From: Steroidobacteraceae bacterium
Lineage (GTDB): Bacteria; Pseudomonadota; Gammaproteobacteria; Steroidobacterales; Steroidobacteraceae
Assembly: GCA_040513115.1 (NCBI GenBank)
Contig: JBEVDW010000087.1
Coordinates: 1 to 53,769 of the forward strand
Reading direction: 5' to 3'
DNA length: 53,769 nucleotides
Shown: in pieces, positions 17,841-27,171 of the stretch
Position numbering within the stretch: the first letter of the stretch is position 1
Layout of the letters: every line of letters starts with the position of its first letter
Translations under genes and position numbers: made by a program
The notes under the pieces: model-generated
The model's database searches: none
What the model saw: only the letters and a program-made list of their open reading frames with translations
Told to the model about the DNA's origin: nothing

Positions 17841-19811
17841 ATGCGCGAGTTCCGCAAGATTCTGATCGCGAATCGCGGCGAAATCGCAGTGCGGGTCGCG
17901 CGCACCGCGCGCGACCTGGGCTATGGCACCGTCGCAGTGTTCAGCGACGCGGATGCGGATGCGTTGCACGTGGCTGCCTGCGATGAAGCGGTGCACATTG
18001 GTGCTTCGCCTGCGCTCGAATCGTATTTGAAGATCGAGCGCATCATCGAGGCGGCGCGCAAGACCGGTGCCGACGCCATTCATCCAGGCTATGGTTTTCT
18101 TTCCGAGAATTCGGCGTTTGCACAAGCCTGCGACGCGGCCGGGATCACGTTCATCGGCCCGCCGGTGGAAGCGATTCATCTCATGGGCAGCAAGCGTCTG
18201 TCGAAGATCGCCATGCACGAAGCCGGTGTGCCGTGTGTGCCAGGGTACAACGGTCCTGCACAGGATGACGATTCGCTGATGCGCGAGGCCGAGCGCCTCG
18301 GCCTGCCGCTGATGGTGAAGGCGTCGGCCGGCGGCGGCGGACGCGGCATGCGTTTGGTCACGGACCGCACGCAACTGCTGGACAGCATTCGCAGAGCGCG
18401 CTCGGAAGCTGCGAGCGCGTTCGGCAGCGATGAGCTGATTCTCGAACGCGCGGTCCTGCACCCGCGTCACATCGAGATACAGGTGTTCGGCGACCAGCAC
18501 GGCCACTATTTGTATCTCGGCGAGCGCGATTGTTCGATTCAGCGTCGCCATCAGAAGGTGGTGGAAGAGGCGCCTTCGCCATTCATGACGGCAGAGCTGC
18601 GTCGCAAGATGGGAGAGGCCGCGATTGCCGCAGCGCGCCGCTGTTCGTACGTCGGTGCGGGCACGGTGGAGTTCCTCGTCGACGCGGATCGCCAGTTCTA
18701 TTTCCTGGAAATGAACACGCGCCTGCAGGTGGAGCATCCGGTGACGGAGCTCGTGACCGGACTCGATCTGGTCGAGTGGCAATTGCGGGTTGCAGCCGGC
18801 GAGCCGTTACCCCTGCCGCAGGAGCAGATCGAGCTGCGCGGTCACGCCATCGAAGTACGCCTCTACGCCGAAGATCCCCGCAACAACTTTCTGCCGCAAA
18901 CCGGCCTCGTGCAACGCTGGCGATTGCCGCAGGTCGAGGGCCTGCGTGTGGATACCGGCATCCGTGAAGGGCAGGCGGTCAGTGCGTTCTACGATCCGAT
19001 GCTAGCCAAGGTGATGGCGCATGGACCGGATCGCCGGACCGCCGCGCGCCGGCTCGCCAAGGCGCTGGAGGATCTGACGCTGTTTGGTGTGACGAACAAC
19101 CGGGCGTTCCTGGCCGAGATCCTGCGACATCCGGCCTTCCTCGCCGGGCAGGCGACCACTGCGTTCATCGAACAGCACATGGGTGAGGCGCCTTCCCTGC
19201 GCAAGCGGGCGCCTGACGAGTATGCGTATGCACTGGCCGCCCTCTTGTTCTTCTGTCAGGGCAGCACGCCGTTTTCAGGCTGGTCTGCCGCGCAGAGCGA
19301 AGCGACGCGCATACGCCTGACCGACGACGAGGAAGCGAGCGCGGTGGTACGGATTCGCCAGACGGGTAGCCGTCGTTTCGAAATCGCGGGCGACTCGGGC
19401 TCACATGAGATCTCAGTCGAGGCGCTGAGCGATCGTGAGCTGCGTTTCGAGCTGGACAGCGTGCGGGCCGCCGTGCACTACCAGTTGGATCGTGGCGAGC
19501 TCACGCTCGATTGGCAGTCGCGGACGTTCCGCTTCCGGGATACGACGCTGGCGGCGGCCAACAAGACCGGTGCGAACGCCAACGGTGAGCTGAAGGCGCC
19601 GATGGACGGCAGCATCGTCGCCGTGCTGCGCGAGAACGGCACTCCCGTGAAGGCGGGCGAAGCCGTGCTCGTCATCGAAGCGATGAAGATGGAAACGCAG
19701 CTGCGCGCGCCGTTCGATGGCATGGTCAGCGGCATCACGGTCAGCCGAGGCCACCAGGTGAAGACGCGTCAGGTGCTGGCGAAGGTCATCGCGACGGAGG
19801 CTGCGAACTGA
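17841..19811 (+). CDS. Biotin carboxylase plus BCCP alpha subunit of the acyl-CoA carboxylase
   Basis: ATP-grasp (KILIANRGEIAVR, MVKASAGGGGRGMR, EMNTRLQVEHPVTE) and a C-terminal biotinyl-lysine motif EAMKME. Confidence 0.93.
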   Translation: MREFRKILIANRGEIAVRVARTARDLGYGTVAVFSDADADALHVAACDEAVHIGASPALESYLKIERIIEAARKTGADAIHPGYGFLSENSAFAQACDAAGITFIGPPVEAIHLMGSKRLSKIAMHEAGVPCVPGYNGPAQDDDSLMREAERLGLPLMVKASAGGGGRGMRLVTDRTQLLDSIRRARSEAASAFGSDELILERAVLHPRHIEIQVFGDQHGHYLYLGERDCSIQRRHQKVVEEAPSPFMTAELRRKMGEAAIAAARRCSYVGAGTVEFLVDADRQFYFLEMNTRLQVEHPVTELVTGLDLVEWQLRVAAGEPLPLPQEQIELRGHAIEVRLYAEDPRNNFLPQTGLVQRWRLPQVEGLRVDTGIREGQAVSAFYDPMLAKVMAHGPDRRTAARRLAKALEDLTLFGVTNNRAFLAEILRHPAFLAGQATTAFIEQHMGEAPSLRKRAPDEYAYALAALLFFCQGSTPFSGWSAAQSEATRIRLTDDEEASAVVRIRQTGSRRFEIAGDSGSHEISVEALSDRELRFELDSVRAAVHYQLDRGELTLDWQSRTFRFRDTTLAAANKTGANANGELKAPMDGSIVAVLRENGTPVKAGEAVLVIEAMKMETQLRAPFDGMVSGITVSRGHQVKTRQVLAKVIATEAAN

Positions 19812-19849
19812 GCGCTTGGCGCGCGCACGACATCGAGCGAGCCAAGTGC
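19812..19849. terminator. Hairpin between convergent genes (9-bp stem GCGCTTGGC/GCCAAGTGC, 20-nt loop)
   Basis: The inverted repeat fills the 38-bp gap between the carboxylase stop and the ACAD stop. There is no U-tract, so terminator function is an inference. Confidence 0.25.
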
Positions 19850-20914
19850 TCAAATCCCGAGTGCAAGCACGCGTTCGCGATGCACGGCGGGTGCGCCCAT
19901 GATCGAGCGGTCGGCCATGGCGCGCTTCAGCCACACGTGCAGCGGGTACTCCCAGGTGTACCCGATGCCACCATGTGCTTCGACGGCCCTGCGACCCACT
20001 TTGACCGCCACGTCGCACACGTGCGCTTTCGCACGCGCCGCCGCAACTTCACCGTCTGTGGAGCGCTGGTCCCATGCATGGGCCGCGTACCACACCAGGG
20101 CAAAGCAGGGTTCCGCATCGATGGTGATGTCCGCCAACTGAAACTGCAGGCCCTGGAAAGAGCCGATCAGACGCCCGAACTGCTTCCGCTGCTTGGCATA
20201 GGCGACGGCCATTTCCATCGTGCGGCGGCCGGCGCCTTCCGCATCCGCCGCGTAGAGCACGAGCAGCGCATCGCGCAATGCCGTGACCACCGTCGCATCC
20301 ACATCCAGCACGTCTACAGGCGCTGATTCGAACGCAACCTCGAACAACGGCCGCGTGCGATCCAGCGTGTCGATCGCGGTGACTCTCGCGGCGGAGCGCT
20401 CCACGAGGCCGAGGCGAGCGCCTGCCAGACCCACGATGAACAGCTGTGCTTCGGCCGCTCGCTCGACGTGAGTCTTCGTGCCGTTCAACGTGTCGCCACC
20501 CAGCGTCCATGCGTCGGGCAGCCACTTGTCGGCACCTTCGTTCAACGCGAATGCCACGACGGCTTCGCCTGACACGATTTTCGACAACCATCGGTCCCGC
20601 TGTCTCTGACTGGCGCTGCGGTTGAGCAACCAGGCAGCGAGCGCACTCGTCACGATCGGCGCGGGCACGGCGTAGTAGCCGCAGGTCTGGGCCACGACCG
20701 TGAGCGCAAGCAGATCCATGCCGGCCCCATCGGCTGATTCGGGCAGCAGCACGCCGGGAATGCCCTGCGCAACGAGCTGTTTCCACAGCGAGCGGTCGAG
20801 CTGCCCATCGCCGTTGTACAGCTTCATGAGCTGAGCGTCCGACACGCTGTCGCGCAGCAGGTCCTCGATGGAGGTGCGCAGCAGCTTCTGATCGTCCGTC
20901 AGATCGAAATACAC
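19850..20914 (-). CDS. Acyl-CoA dehydrogenase family protein, short beta-like subunit
   Basis: 354 aa with an ACAD-like N-terminus (MYFDLTDDQKLL). The C-terminal region (HGGIGYTWEYPLHVWLKRAMADRSIMGAPAVHRERV) lacks the GG(T/S)xEIQ motif. GTG 20914 lies 3 nt after the upstream ACAD stop. Confidence 0.8.
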   Translation of the reverse strand: MYFDLTDDQKLLRTSIEDLLRDSVSDAQLMKLYNGDGQLDRSLWKQLVAQGIPGVLLPESADGAGMDLLALTVVAQTCGYYAVPAPIVTSALAAWLLNRSASQRQRDRWLSKIVSGEAVVAFALNEGADKWLPDAWTLGGDTLNGTKTHVERAAEAQLFIVGLAGARLGLVERSAARVTAIDTLDRTRPLFEVAFESAPVDVLDVDATVVTALRDALLVLYAADAEGAGRRTMEMAVAYAKQRKQFGRLIGSFQGLQFQLADITIDAEPCFALVWYAAHAWDQRSTDGEVAAARAKAHVCDVAVKVGRRAVEAHGGIGYTWEYPLHVWLKRAMADRSIMGAPAVHRERVLALGI

Positions 20915-20917
20915 GGG

Positions 20918-22093
20918 TCACTCTCCATCCACTTCGCGCGGCAACTCCAGGCCGCGTTCCGCGATGATCTTGCGTTGAATGTTGGATGTGCCGCCGGCGA
21001 TGGCGAGTCCGAGCGAGCCGAAGATCTGGTTGACCCAGTGGCTGTTCCCGCGGCGCTTGGGGCTGAAGTCCGGCATCGAGAGCGCATCGTCCTGAATGAT
21101 GTCGGTCACGAGCCCGGCGATTTCCTGGCCGATGTTCGTCGTGTTGATCTTGTTGATCAGACCGAGATTGCCCGCGGATTCGTCGAGTGCGGCTTTCGTG
21201 AGCTGGTAGTAGCCCGAGTACAGGTGCGCTTGCACATAGCCGTCCAGTGTCGCGATGCGCTGTCGGATCGCGGCATCGGCGATGGCTACATCGCCGCGGT
21301 ACGGCGTTGTCTGCGCGAGCCGCACGAGCTTGTGGAAGAGATCGCGCAGGCCCGCTGCAGAGCCCACCGAGTTGCGCTCGTGCTTGAGCGTCGACTTCGA
21401 GACACGCCAGCCTTCGCCGCGCTTGCCCACGATCCAATTGGCGGGCGTGCGTACGTTGTCGAGAAAGGTTTCGCAGAAATCCGCGCCGCCGGTGATCTGC
21501 TTGATCGGACGCACGGTGACGCCCGGCTGTTTGAAATCGAACAGCAGGTAGGAGATGCCTTCGTGCTTTGGCGCGTCGGGCTCCGTGCGGCACAGGCAGA
21601 ACATGTAGTTGGCTTCGTGCGCCAGCGTGGTCCAGATCTTCTGGCCGTTGATCACCCACTCATCACCGACGAGCTCTGCCTTGGTCTTGAGCGATGCGAG
21701 ATCGGAGCCGGAGCCAGGTTCGGAGTAGCCCTGCGCCCACCGGTACTCTCCGGTCAGCGACCTGGGAATGAAGCGCTCGCACTGCCACGGCTCGCCACAC
21801 TCGAGCAGCGTCGGAACCACCATGGAGACACCGTTACCCGGGACTTCCATGGGCGCACGGGCTTGCGCGAACTCCTCGCGGATGATCTGTGCCTTCAGCA
21901 CATCAGGCGGTTGCTCCGAGCCACCGTAGAGACGTGGAATCGCGCGGTACAGCAGTCCTCGCCCCGTGGCCCGGCTGCGGAACTCCTGCACGTAACCGGG
22001 CTCCTTGGCGCGGCTGCGGTCCCATTGCTGGCTCAGGAATAGCCGGACCTCCGCCTGGAAGCTCAGGTATTCCTGGCTGTAGCTCAGATTCAT
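20918..22093 (-). CDS. Acyl-CoA dehydrogenase, alpha-like subunit (FadE26/ChsE4-like C-terminus)
   Basis: 391 aa: MNLSYSQEYLSFQAEVRLFL, GYSEPGSGSDLA, C-terminal IAGGTSNIQRKIIAERGLELP. Confidence 0.88.
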   Translation of the reverse strand: MNLSYSQEYLSFQAEVRLFLSQQWDRSRAKEPGYVQEFRSRATGRGLLYRAIPRLYGGSEQPPDVLKAQIIREEFAQARAPMEVPGNGVSMVVPTLLECGEPWQCERFIPRSLTGEYRWAQGYSEPGSGSDLASLKTKAELVGDEWVINGQKIWTTLAHEANYMFCLCRTEPDAPKHEGISYLLFDFKQPGVTVRPIKQITGGADFCETFLDNVRTPANWIVGKRGEGWRVSKSTLKHERNSVGSAAGLRDLFHKLVRLAQTTPYRGDVAIADAAIRQRIATLDGYVQAHLYSGYYQLTKAALDESAGNLGLINKINTTNIGQEIAGLVTDIIQDDALSMPDFSPKRRGNSHWVNQIFGSLGLAIAGGTSNIQRKIIAERGLELPREVDGE

Positions 22094-22210
22094 ATCGCGC
22101 CGCTCCCGGCTCGCTCGTTCATGCCATCGATCCTAGCCGCTTTCAAGAGGTAGTTCTATTTTTTTGCGTCCGGCCTGCCTAAACTGCCGTCACCTGCGAG
22201 GAGTAGAGCC

Positions 22211-23980
22211 ATGAAGCAGCACATTGCCATCGGCGGCGCGAGTGGATTCTGGGGCGACAGCTTCACGGCCGTTCCGCAGCTGCTGCGCGATGGCCAGCTC
22301 GACTATCTGGTGTTCGACTACCTCGCCGAAGTCACGATGTCCATCCTCGCGCGCGCCCGGGCCGAGAATCCACAGCTCGGCTACGCGACGGATTTCGTGA
22401 CCGAGGTGATGCGCCAGAACCTCGGCGAAATCGCCCGGCAGCGGGTGAAGGTGATTTCGAATGCCGGCGGCATGAATCCGCTCGGTTGCGCCGAGGCCAT
22501 TCGCAAGTTGATCGCCGCGACGGGACTGGATCTGAAAGTGGCCGCCGTCGTGGGGGACGATCTGCTCGATCGCGCCGCTGAATTTGGTGCGGCCAAGGAA
22601 ATGTTCTCGGGCGATGCGTTGCCCGCGCAGCCGATGAGCATCAACGCCTACTGCGGCGCTTTCCCGATCGCAGAAGCTTTGCGGCGCGGTGCAGACATCG
22701 TCATCACGGGTCGTGTGGTCGATAGCGCCGTCGTGCTGGGCGCCTGCATCTACGAATTCGACTGGGCTGCAGATGATTTCGACAAGCTGGCTGGAGGCAG
22801 TCTCGCGGGCCATATCCTCGAATGCGGAGCGCAAGGCTCCGGCGGCCTGTTCACCGATTGGAAGGAAGTTCCCGATTGGGACAACATCGCCTACCCGATC
22901 GCAGAAGTGAGGCCGGATGCCACCTTCATCGTGCGTAAGCCAAACGGCACGGGCGGTCTCGTCTCGAGAGGCTCCGTGGCAGAACAACTCGTCTATGAGA
23001 TCGGCGATCCCGGGCGTTACCTGTTGCCCGATGTGACCTGCGACTTCACGCAGGTTCGCATGGAGGAGGTCGGCGACAACCGCGTGCGGGTGAGCGGCTG
23101 CAAGGGCTATGCGCCGGGCGGCGACTTGAAGGTTTCAGCCACCTGGTCCGATGGCCATCGGCTCACGTTCATGTTGAGCATCGTGGGCATCGAAGCGGAC
23201 GGTAAGGCTCGCAAAACGGCGGAAGCCGTGTTCAAGCGCTGCGCGAGGATGTTCCAGGAACGCGGGCTGGAGCCGTTTACGGAAACTCACTTCGAGATTC
23301 TGGGCGCGGAGGCGAGCTACGGCGCGAACGCGCGACCGGGTCCCTGGCGCGAAGTCGTGCTGATGCTCGCGGCAAAGCATCCGAATCCGAAGGCGCTGGC
23401 ACTGCTGCTGCGCGAGGCGACCTCGACCGGCACATCGATGTCCCCCGGCACGACGGGCATCGGCGGGCATCGGCCGAAGCCTATGCCGCAGGTGCGCCTG
23501 TTCTCCTTCCTGCTGCCGAAAGCGCAAGTGATTCCGCGCGTGCTGCTCGAGGATGCGACGGTCGACGTGCCATTCGAGTCATTCGCGCAGCCGACGCCCC
23601 CAAGAGCGGGAAGCGAATTCCCGCGAGCACAGGAAACGAACGACATGGTCGACGTCCCGCTCGTGCGGCTGGCCTGGGGCCGCAGCGGCGACAAGGGCAA
23701 CAAAGCGAACATCGGCATCCTCGCGCGCAAACGCGAGTACCTGCCGTACATCGCTGCGACACTGACAGCGGTGGCGGTCAAACGCTACTTCCAGCATCAC
23801 GTGCGCGGAGAGGTCGAGCGCTTTGCGCTGCCTGGTCTGGACGGCATGAACTTCCTGATGCATGACGCACTGGCAGGCGGCGGCACGGCCAGCTTGCGCA
23901 TCGATCCGTTGGCAAAGGCGTACGCGCAGATGCTGCTGGACCATCCGATTCGCATGCCGAAGTCACTGTTGTCGAATTGA
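22211..23980 (+). CDS. atuA: Acyclic terpene utilisation AtuA-family protein (DUF1446) with a fused C-terminal DUF4387-like segment
   Basis: N-terminal IGGASGFWGDSF...LDYLVFDYLAEVTMSIL. C-terminal WGRSGDKGNKANIGI...GTASLRIDPLAKA. GAGGAG RBS 7 nt upstream of the start. Confidence 0.85.
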   Translation: MKQHIAIGGASGFWGDSFTAVPQLLRDGQLDYLVFDYLAEVTMSILARARAENPQLGYATDFVTEVMRQNLGEIARQRVKVISNAGGMNPLGCAEAIRKLIAATGLDLKVAAVVGDDLLDRAAEFGAAKEMFSGDALPAQPMSINAYCGAFPIAEALRRGADIVITGRVVDSAVVLGACIYEFDWAADDFDKLAGGSLAGHILECGAQGSGGLFTDWKEVPDWDNIAYPIAEVRPDATFIVRKPNGTGGLVSRGSVAEQLVYEIGDPGRYLLPDVTCDFTQVRMEEVGDNRVRVSGCKGYAPGGDLKVSATWSDGHRLTFMLSIVGIEADGKARKTAEAVFKRCARMFQERGLEPFTETHFEILGAEASYGANARPGPWREVVLMLAAKHPNPKALALLLREATSTGTSMSPGTTGIGGHRPKPMPQVRLFSFLLPKAQVIPRVLLEDATVDVPFESFAQPTPPRAGSEFPRAQETNDMVDVPLVRLAWGRSGDKGNKANIGILARKREYLPYIAATLTAVAVKRYFQHHVRGEVERFALPGLDGMNFLMHDALAGGGTASLRIDPLAKAYAQMLLDHPIRMPKSLLSN

Positions 23981-23990
23981 GCGTGGCCCC

Positions 23991-25301
23991 ATGTCCATTC
24001 AACTCAGTACGGCCGACATCACGAACGACCAGAGCTCGACCCAAGCGCCGACGCGTTATCGCTGGTACGTGTTATGCGTCCTCATTGCGATCTATAGCTG
24101 CCATACGATCGACCGCTCCGTGCTGGGCGTCGTCATACAGCCGCTGAAAGAGGAGTTTCAGGTCAGTGATGCAGCACTAGGCGCTCTGGCCGGCATCCTG
24201 TACACGCTCGCGTACTCGATCACCATCGTGCCGCTCGGCTACCTGGTGGATCGCTTCAACCGTCGCAACCTGCTGGCGGCGATGTTGACCGTCTGGAGTG
24301 GATTGACCGTATTCAGTGGACTCGCGCAGAACTTCTGGACGTTAGTGCTCGCGCGCATTGGCGTCGGCGCGGCAGAGTCAGGTGGCGCGCCCGCTTCCAT
24401 GTCCATCCTCTCGGACTACTTTCCGCCACAACAGCGCGCTTCGGCCATCGGCATCTTTTATCTCAGCACCGCGATCGGTATTGCAGCCAGTTTCCTGATC
24501 GGCGGCTATGTGGCGGCGGAGCACGGCTGGCGCGCCGCTTTCTTCGTGGCAGGTGCCCCAGGCTTACTGCTGGCGGTGATCTTGCTGGCTACAGTGAGGG
24601 AGCCCGCGCGCGGCGCTTCAGAGCAGGCGAGCGAACGACAAGCAGAGGCGCCGCCGCTGCTGCAGGCATGGAAATCGATCTTGCGTCGAGCATCGCTGCG
24701 GCATCAGTTGGTTGCGCTGCTGCTGTCGGCTTTCGCTGCCTCTGCCTTGTTCACCTGGGCCGCGACGTTGTTGGTACGAGTGCATGGGCTCGATCTCAAG
24801 CAGGCGGGGCTGCTCGTCGCGCTTGCCATCGGTGTCTGCCAGTCGGGTGGCACGGTCATCGTGGGGCGACTGAGTGATCGATTCGGTGGCAAGTCGTTGG
24901 CGCGTCTTGCAGTAGCACCTGCCATCGTTTCGGTCATCAGCGTCCCTCTCGGCCTCACGCTGGCGCTTGCGACCGACAGCACGCTGGCGATCGTCGCGTT
25001 GTTCGGCACATGCCTGGTGATCGGCGCCTACACCGCCCCTGCCTACAGTTTCGGACTGAACCTCGCTGGGCCGCGTGAGCGTGGCGTGATGATGTCGGCG
25101 ATACAGATCGCGGGCAACCTGCTGGGCGTGGGATTCGGCCCGCTGTGTACTGGTCTGTTGAGCGATGCGATCGGCGGGCAGCGCGGGATTGCGCTCGCGC
25201 TCGGCGCAGTGATGCTCGTGAACCTCTGGGCAGCTGTGCATTATCTGTTTGCGGCGCGCGCCGTTAGAGCGGAGGAAGCAATTGCGCTCGCGCGTGCCTG
25301 A
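23991..25301 (+). CDS. MFS transporter
   Basis: 12-TM-like profile, GYLVDRFNRRN loop, VGAAESGGAPASMSILSDYFPPQQRA. ATG 23991 lies 10 nt after the atuA stop. Confidence 0.88.
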   Translation: MSIQLSTADITNDQSSTQAPTRYRWYVLCVLIAIYSCHTIDRSVLGVVIQPLKEEFQVSDAALGALAGILYTLAYSITIVPLGYLVDRFNRRNLLAAMLTVWSGLTVFSGLAQNFWTLVLARIGVGAAESGGAPASMSILSDYFPPQQRASAIGIFYLSTAIGIAASFLIGGYVAAEHGWRAAFFVAGAPGLLLAVILLATVREPARGASEQASERQAEAPPLLQAWKSILRRASLRHQLVALLLSAFAASALFTWAATLLVRVHGLDLKQAGLLVALAIGVCQSGGTVIVGRLSDRFGGKSLARLAVAPAIVSVISVPLGLTLALATDSTLAIVALFGTCLVIGAYTAPAYSFGLNLAGPRERGVMMSAIQIAGNLLGVGFGPLCTGLLSDAIGGQRGIALALGAVMLVNLWAAVHYLFAARAVRAEEAIALARA

Positions 25302-25332
25302 GCAGTAGGGTTGCGCGCCGAATCATCGCGCG

Positions 25333-25353
25333 ACGGCACTGAAGCAGTGCCGT
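25333..25353 (+). terminator. Strong hairpin ACGGCACTG-aag-CAGTGCCGT after the MFS gene
   Basis: 9-bp perfect stem with a 3-nt loop, 32 nt after the stop and 24 nt before the next start. No U-tract, so it could be a terminator, an attenuator or an mRNA stabiliser. Confidence 0.3.
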
Positions 25354-25376
25354 GCTGAACTTGGAGGAACCCTTCC

Positions 25377-26192
25377 ATGAGCCAAACCTACGATTATTCC
25401 CGATACAAGGGACTGCAGCTGTCGAAGAACGACGGCATCATGACGATCACCATCTCCAACCCCGGCAAGAAGAACGCCATCACGCCGCAGCAGAACAATG
25501 AGCTAACGCAGATTTGGGATGACGTGTGGCTGGACCCGGATGTGCGCGTCATCATCCTCACCGGTGCGGGCAAGGATTTCTGCTCCGGAGCCGATGTGAG
25601 TGCACTGGCCAACGGCGTGCTCGATACGACCGGCTTCCAGCCCGTGAATCCGGTGTCGCGCACGGCCAAGAAGCACCTCTACGGCATTCTGGATTGCGAA
25701 AAGCCCGTCCTCGCCAAGGTGCGCGGGGTCGCCTACGGCGTTGGCGTGAACATGGCCCTCGCTTGCGACATGGTGTTTGCCGCGCAGGGCGCCCGCTTCT
25801 GTGACTCGCATGTGAAGGCGGGGATGGTCGCCGGCGATGGCGGGGTGCTGCTGTGGCCGCTCCTGGTCGGCATGCATCGCGCCAAGCAGTACCTGATGAC
25901 GGGCGAGCCCGTGGCTGCCGAGAAGGCTGCCGAGATCGGCTTGATCAATGCGTGCCTGCCGGATGAGGAACTCGATGCGCACGTGCTCAAGATGGCCGGA
26001 ACACTTCGTGACCTGCCGCCGCACGCCGTGAACTACACCAAGATGGCTCTGAATACCTCACTTCGACAGATGGCGGGCGCCGCATTCGAGATGTCGCTGG
26101 CGTACGAGATCTACAGCATGGGCATGAAGGACTTCAAGGAAGCCACGACGGCGTTCGTAGAAAGACGCAAGGGCAAGTTCGAAGGGCGCTGA
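25377..26192 (+). CDS. Enoyl-CoA hydratase/isomerase family protein
   Basis: Crotonase motifs (ILTGAGKDFCSGAD, GVAYGVGVNMAL). GGAGGA RBS upstream. Confidence 0.9.
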   Translation: MSQTYDYSRYKGLQLSKNDGIMTITISNPGKKNAITPQQNNELTQIWDDVWLDPDVRVIILTGAGKDFCSGADVSALANGVLDTTGFQPVNPVSRTAKKHLYGILDCEKPVLAKVRGVAYGVGVNMALACDMVFAAQGARFCDSHVKAGMVAGDGGVLLWPLLVGMHRAKQYLMTGEPVAAEKAAEIGLINACLPDEELDAHVLKMAGTLRDLPPHAVNYTKMALNTSLRQMAGAAFEMSLAYEIYSMGMKDFKEATTAFVERRKGKFEGR

Positions 26193-26199
26193 GCGAAGC

Positions 26200-26223
26200 C
26201 GCTACCTCCGAATGGAGGCAGCG
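26200..26223. terminator. Hairpin between convergent genes (CGCTACCTCC-gaat-GGAGGCAGCG)
   Basis: 10-nt arms with one mismatch, in the 40-bp gap between the crotonase stop and the LLM stop. Confidence 0.3.
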
Positions 26224-26232
26224 ATGCATCTG

Positions 26233-27159
26233 TTAGTGGTTCAGCTCGAGCAGTCCGGCCAACCACTCGACGTCCGACAGCCACTGCCTGCGCGTGTGTG
26301 CCTGAAGCCGCAGCATGCACCACGTCACGCCCAACTCCTGCAAGACCCCAACTGCGTCGGCAATGGCCGATCCCGCGCTGCGTTCGATGGGATCGGACGT
26401 GGGCGCAACCGCAATGTCGAGCGGTGTCGTGCGCCCGATGGCTGCAGCGTGCTCCTTCAAATAGGTGAGACCTGTGCGCAAGTCCGCCGCGCCCTCGAGC
26501 CGCGCTGTGCGGGCGGCTTTGGCTAGCGAGGCTGATGCAGCGAACGGCATCCAGCCATTGCCAAGCTCCGCGGCGCGGCGCAGAGCACGCCTGGAGTTGC
26601 CACCGACCCATAGCGGCGGATGTGGCTGCTGCAGCGGCCGCGGCAGGATGCGATTGCCCAACGCCTTGAAGTGCGCGCCTGCGAAGGCGAATTCATCATT
26701 GGCCCACGCCGCTTGCATCGCCTTGATGGCTTCATCCGTCAATTCATTGCGTTGGTCGAAGTCGATTCCGAGTGCTGCGAACTCACCTTTCAGATACCCT
26801 GCGCCGACACCGAGCGTCACGCGTCCATTCGAGAACACATCCAGACTGGCCGCCGCACGCGCAGTCACGAAGGGATTGCGATAAGGCAGCACCAGTAGCG
26901 CCGTCAGCAGGCGCACGCGCTGCGTCACAGCCGCAACCATGGACAGTACGACGAAAGGGTCCTGCGCGGGATGACCGCCGGCATCGATCCATCGGCCGGG
27001 CGGGCAGGGGTGGTCCGTGACGCTGCATCCATGAAAGCCATTCGACTCCACGGTCCGAGCCATTTCCGCCAGTGCGCTCTGACGCAGGAACTGCGGATTG
27101 ACGCCATCGACGGGAAGCTCGACTGCGAAGTGCATGGGAGTGATTGCTGGCTCCGTCAT
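26233..27159 (-). CDS. LLM-class (luciferase-like) flavin-dependent oxidoreductase
   Basis: SVTDHP, GRVTLGVGAGYLKGEF and PPLWVGGNSRRALRRAAELGNGWMPF are typical of the LLM family. Confidence 0.85.
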   Translation of the reverse strand: MTEPAITPMHFAVELPVDGVNPQFLRQSALAEMARTVESNGFHGCSVTDHPCPPGRWIDAGGHPAQDPFVVLSMVAAVTQRVRLLTALLVLPYRNPFVTARAAASLDVFSNGRVTLGVGAGYLKGEFAALGIDFDQRNELTDEAIKAMQAAWANDEFAFAGAHFKALGNRILPRPLQQPHPPLWVGGNSRRALRRAAELGNGWMPFAASASLAKAARTARLEGAADLRTGLTYLKEHAAAIGRTTPLDIAVAPTSDPIERSAGSAIADAVGVLQELGVTWCMLRLQAHTRRQWLSDVEWLAGLLELNH

Positions 27160-27171
27160 CGTGTGAGTTGC

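Noticed and set aside
14156-19811. Assigning specific atuC/D/E/F or liuA-D gene symbols to the carboxylase operon.
   Set aside because: Geranyl-CoA and methylcrotonyl-CoA carboxylase systems cannot be told apart by eye. Only the nearby AtuA-family gene favours Atu, so symbols are withheld.
20049-21659. 536-aa same-strand, alternative-frame ORF spanning both ACAD genes.
   Set aside because: It is an Arg/Pro/Gly-rich out-of-frame translation. The ACAD frames have canonical motifs and a coupled stop/start.
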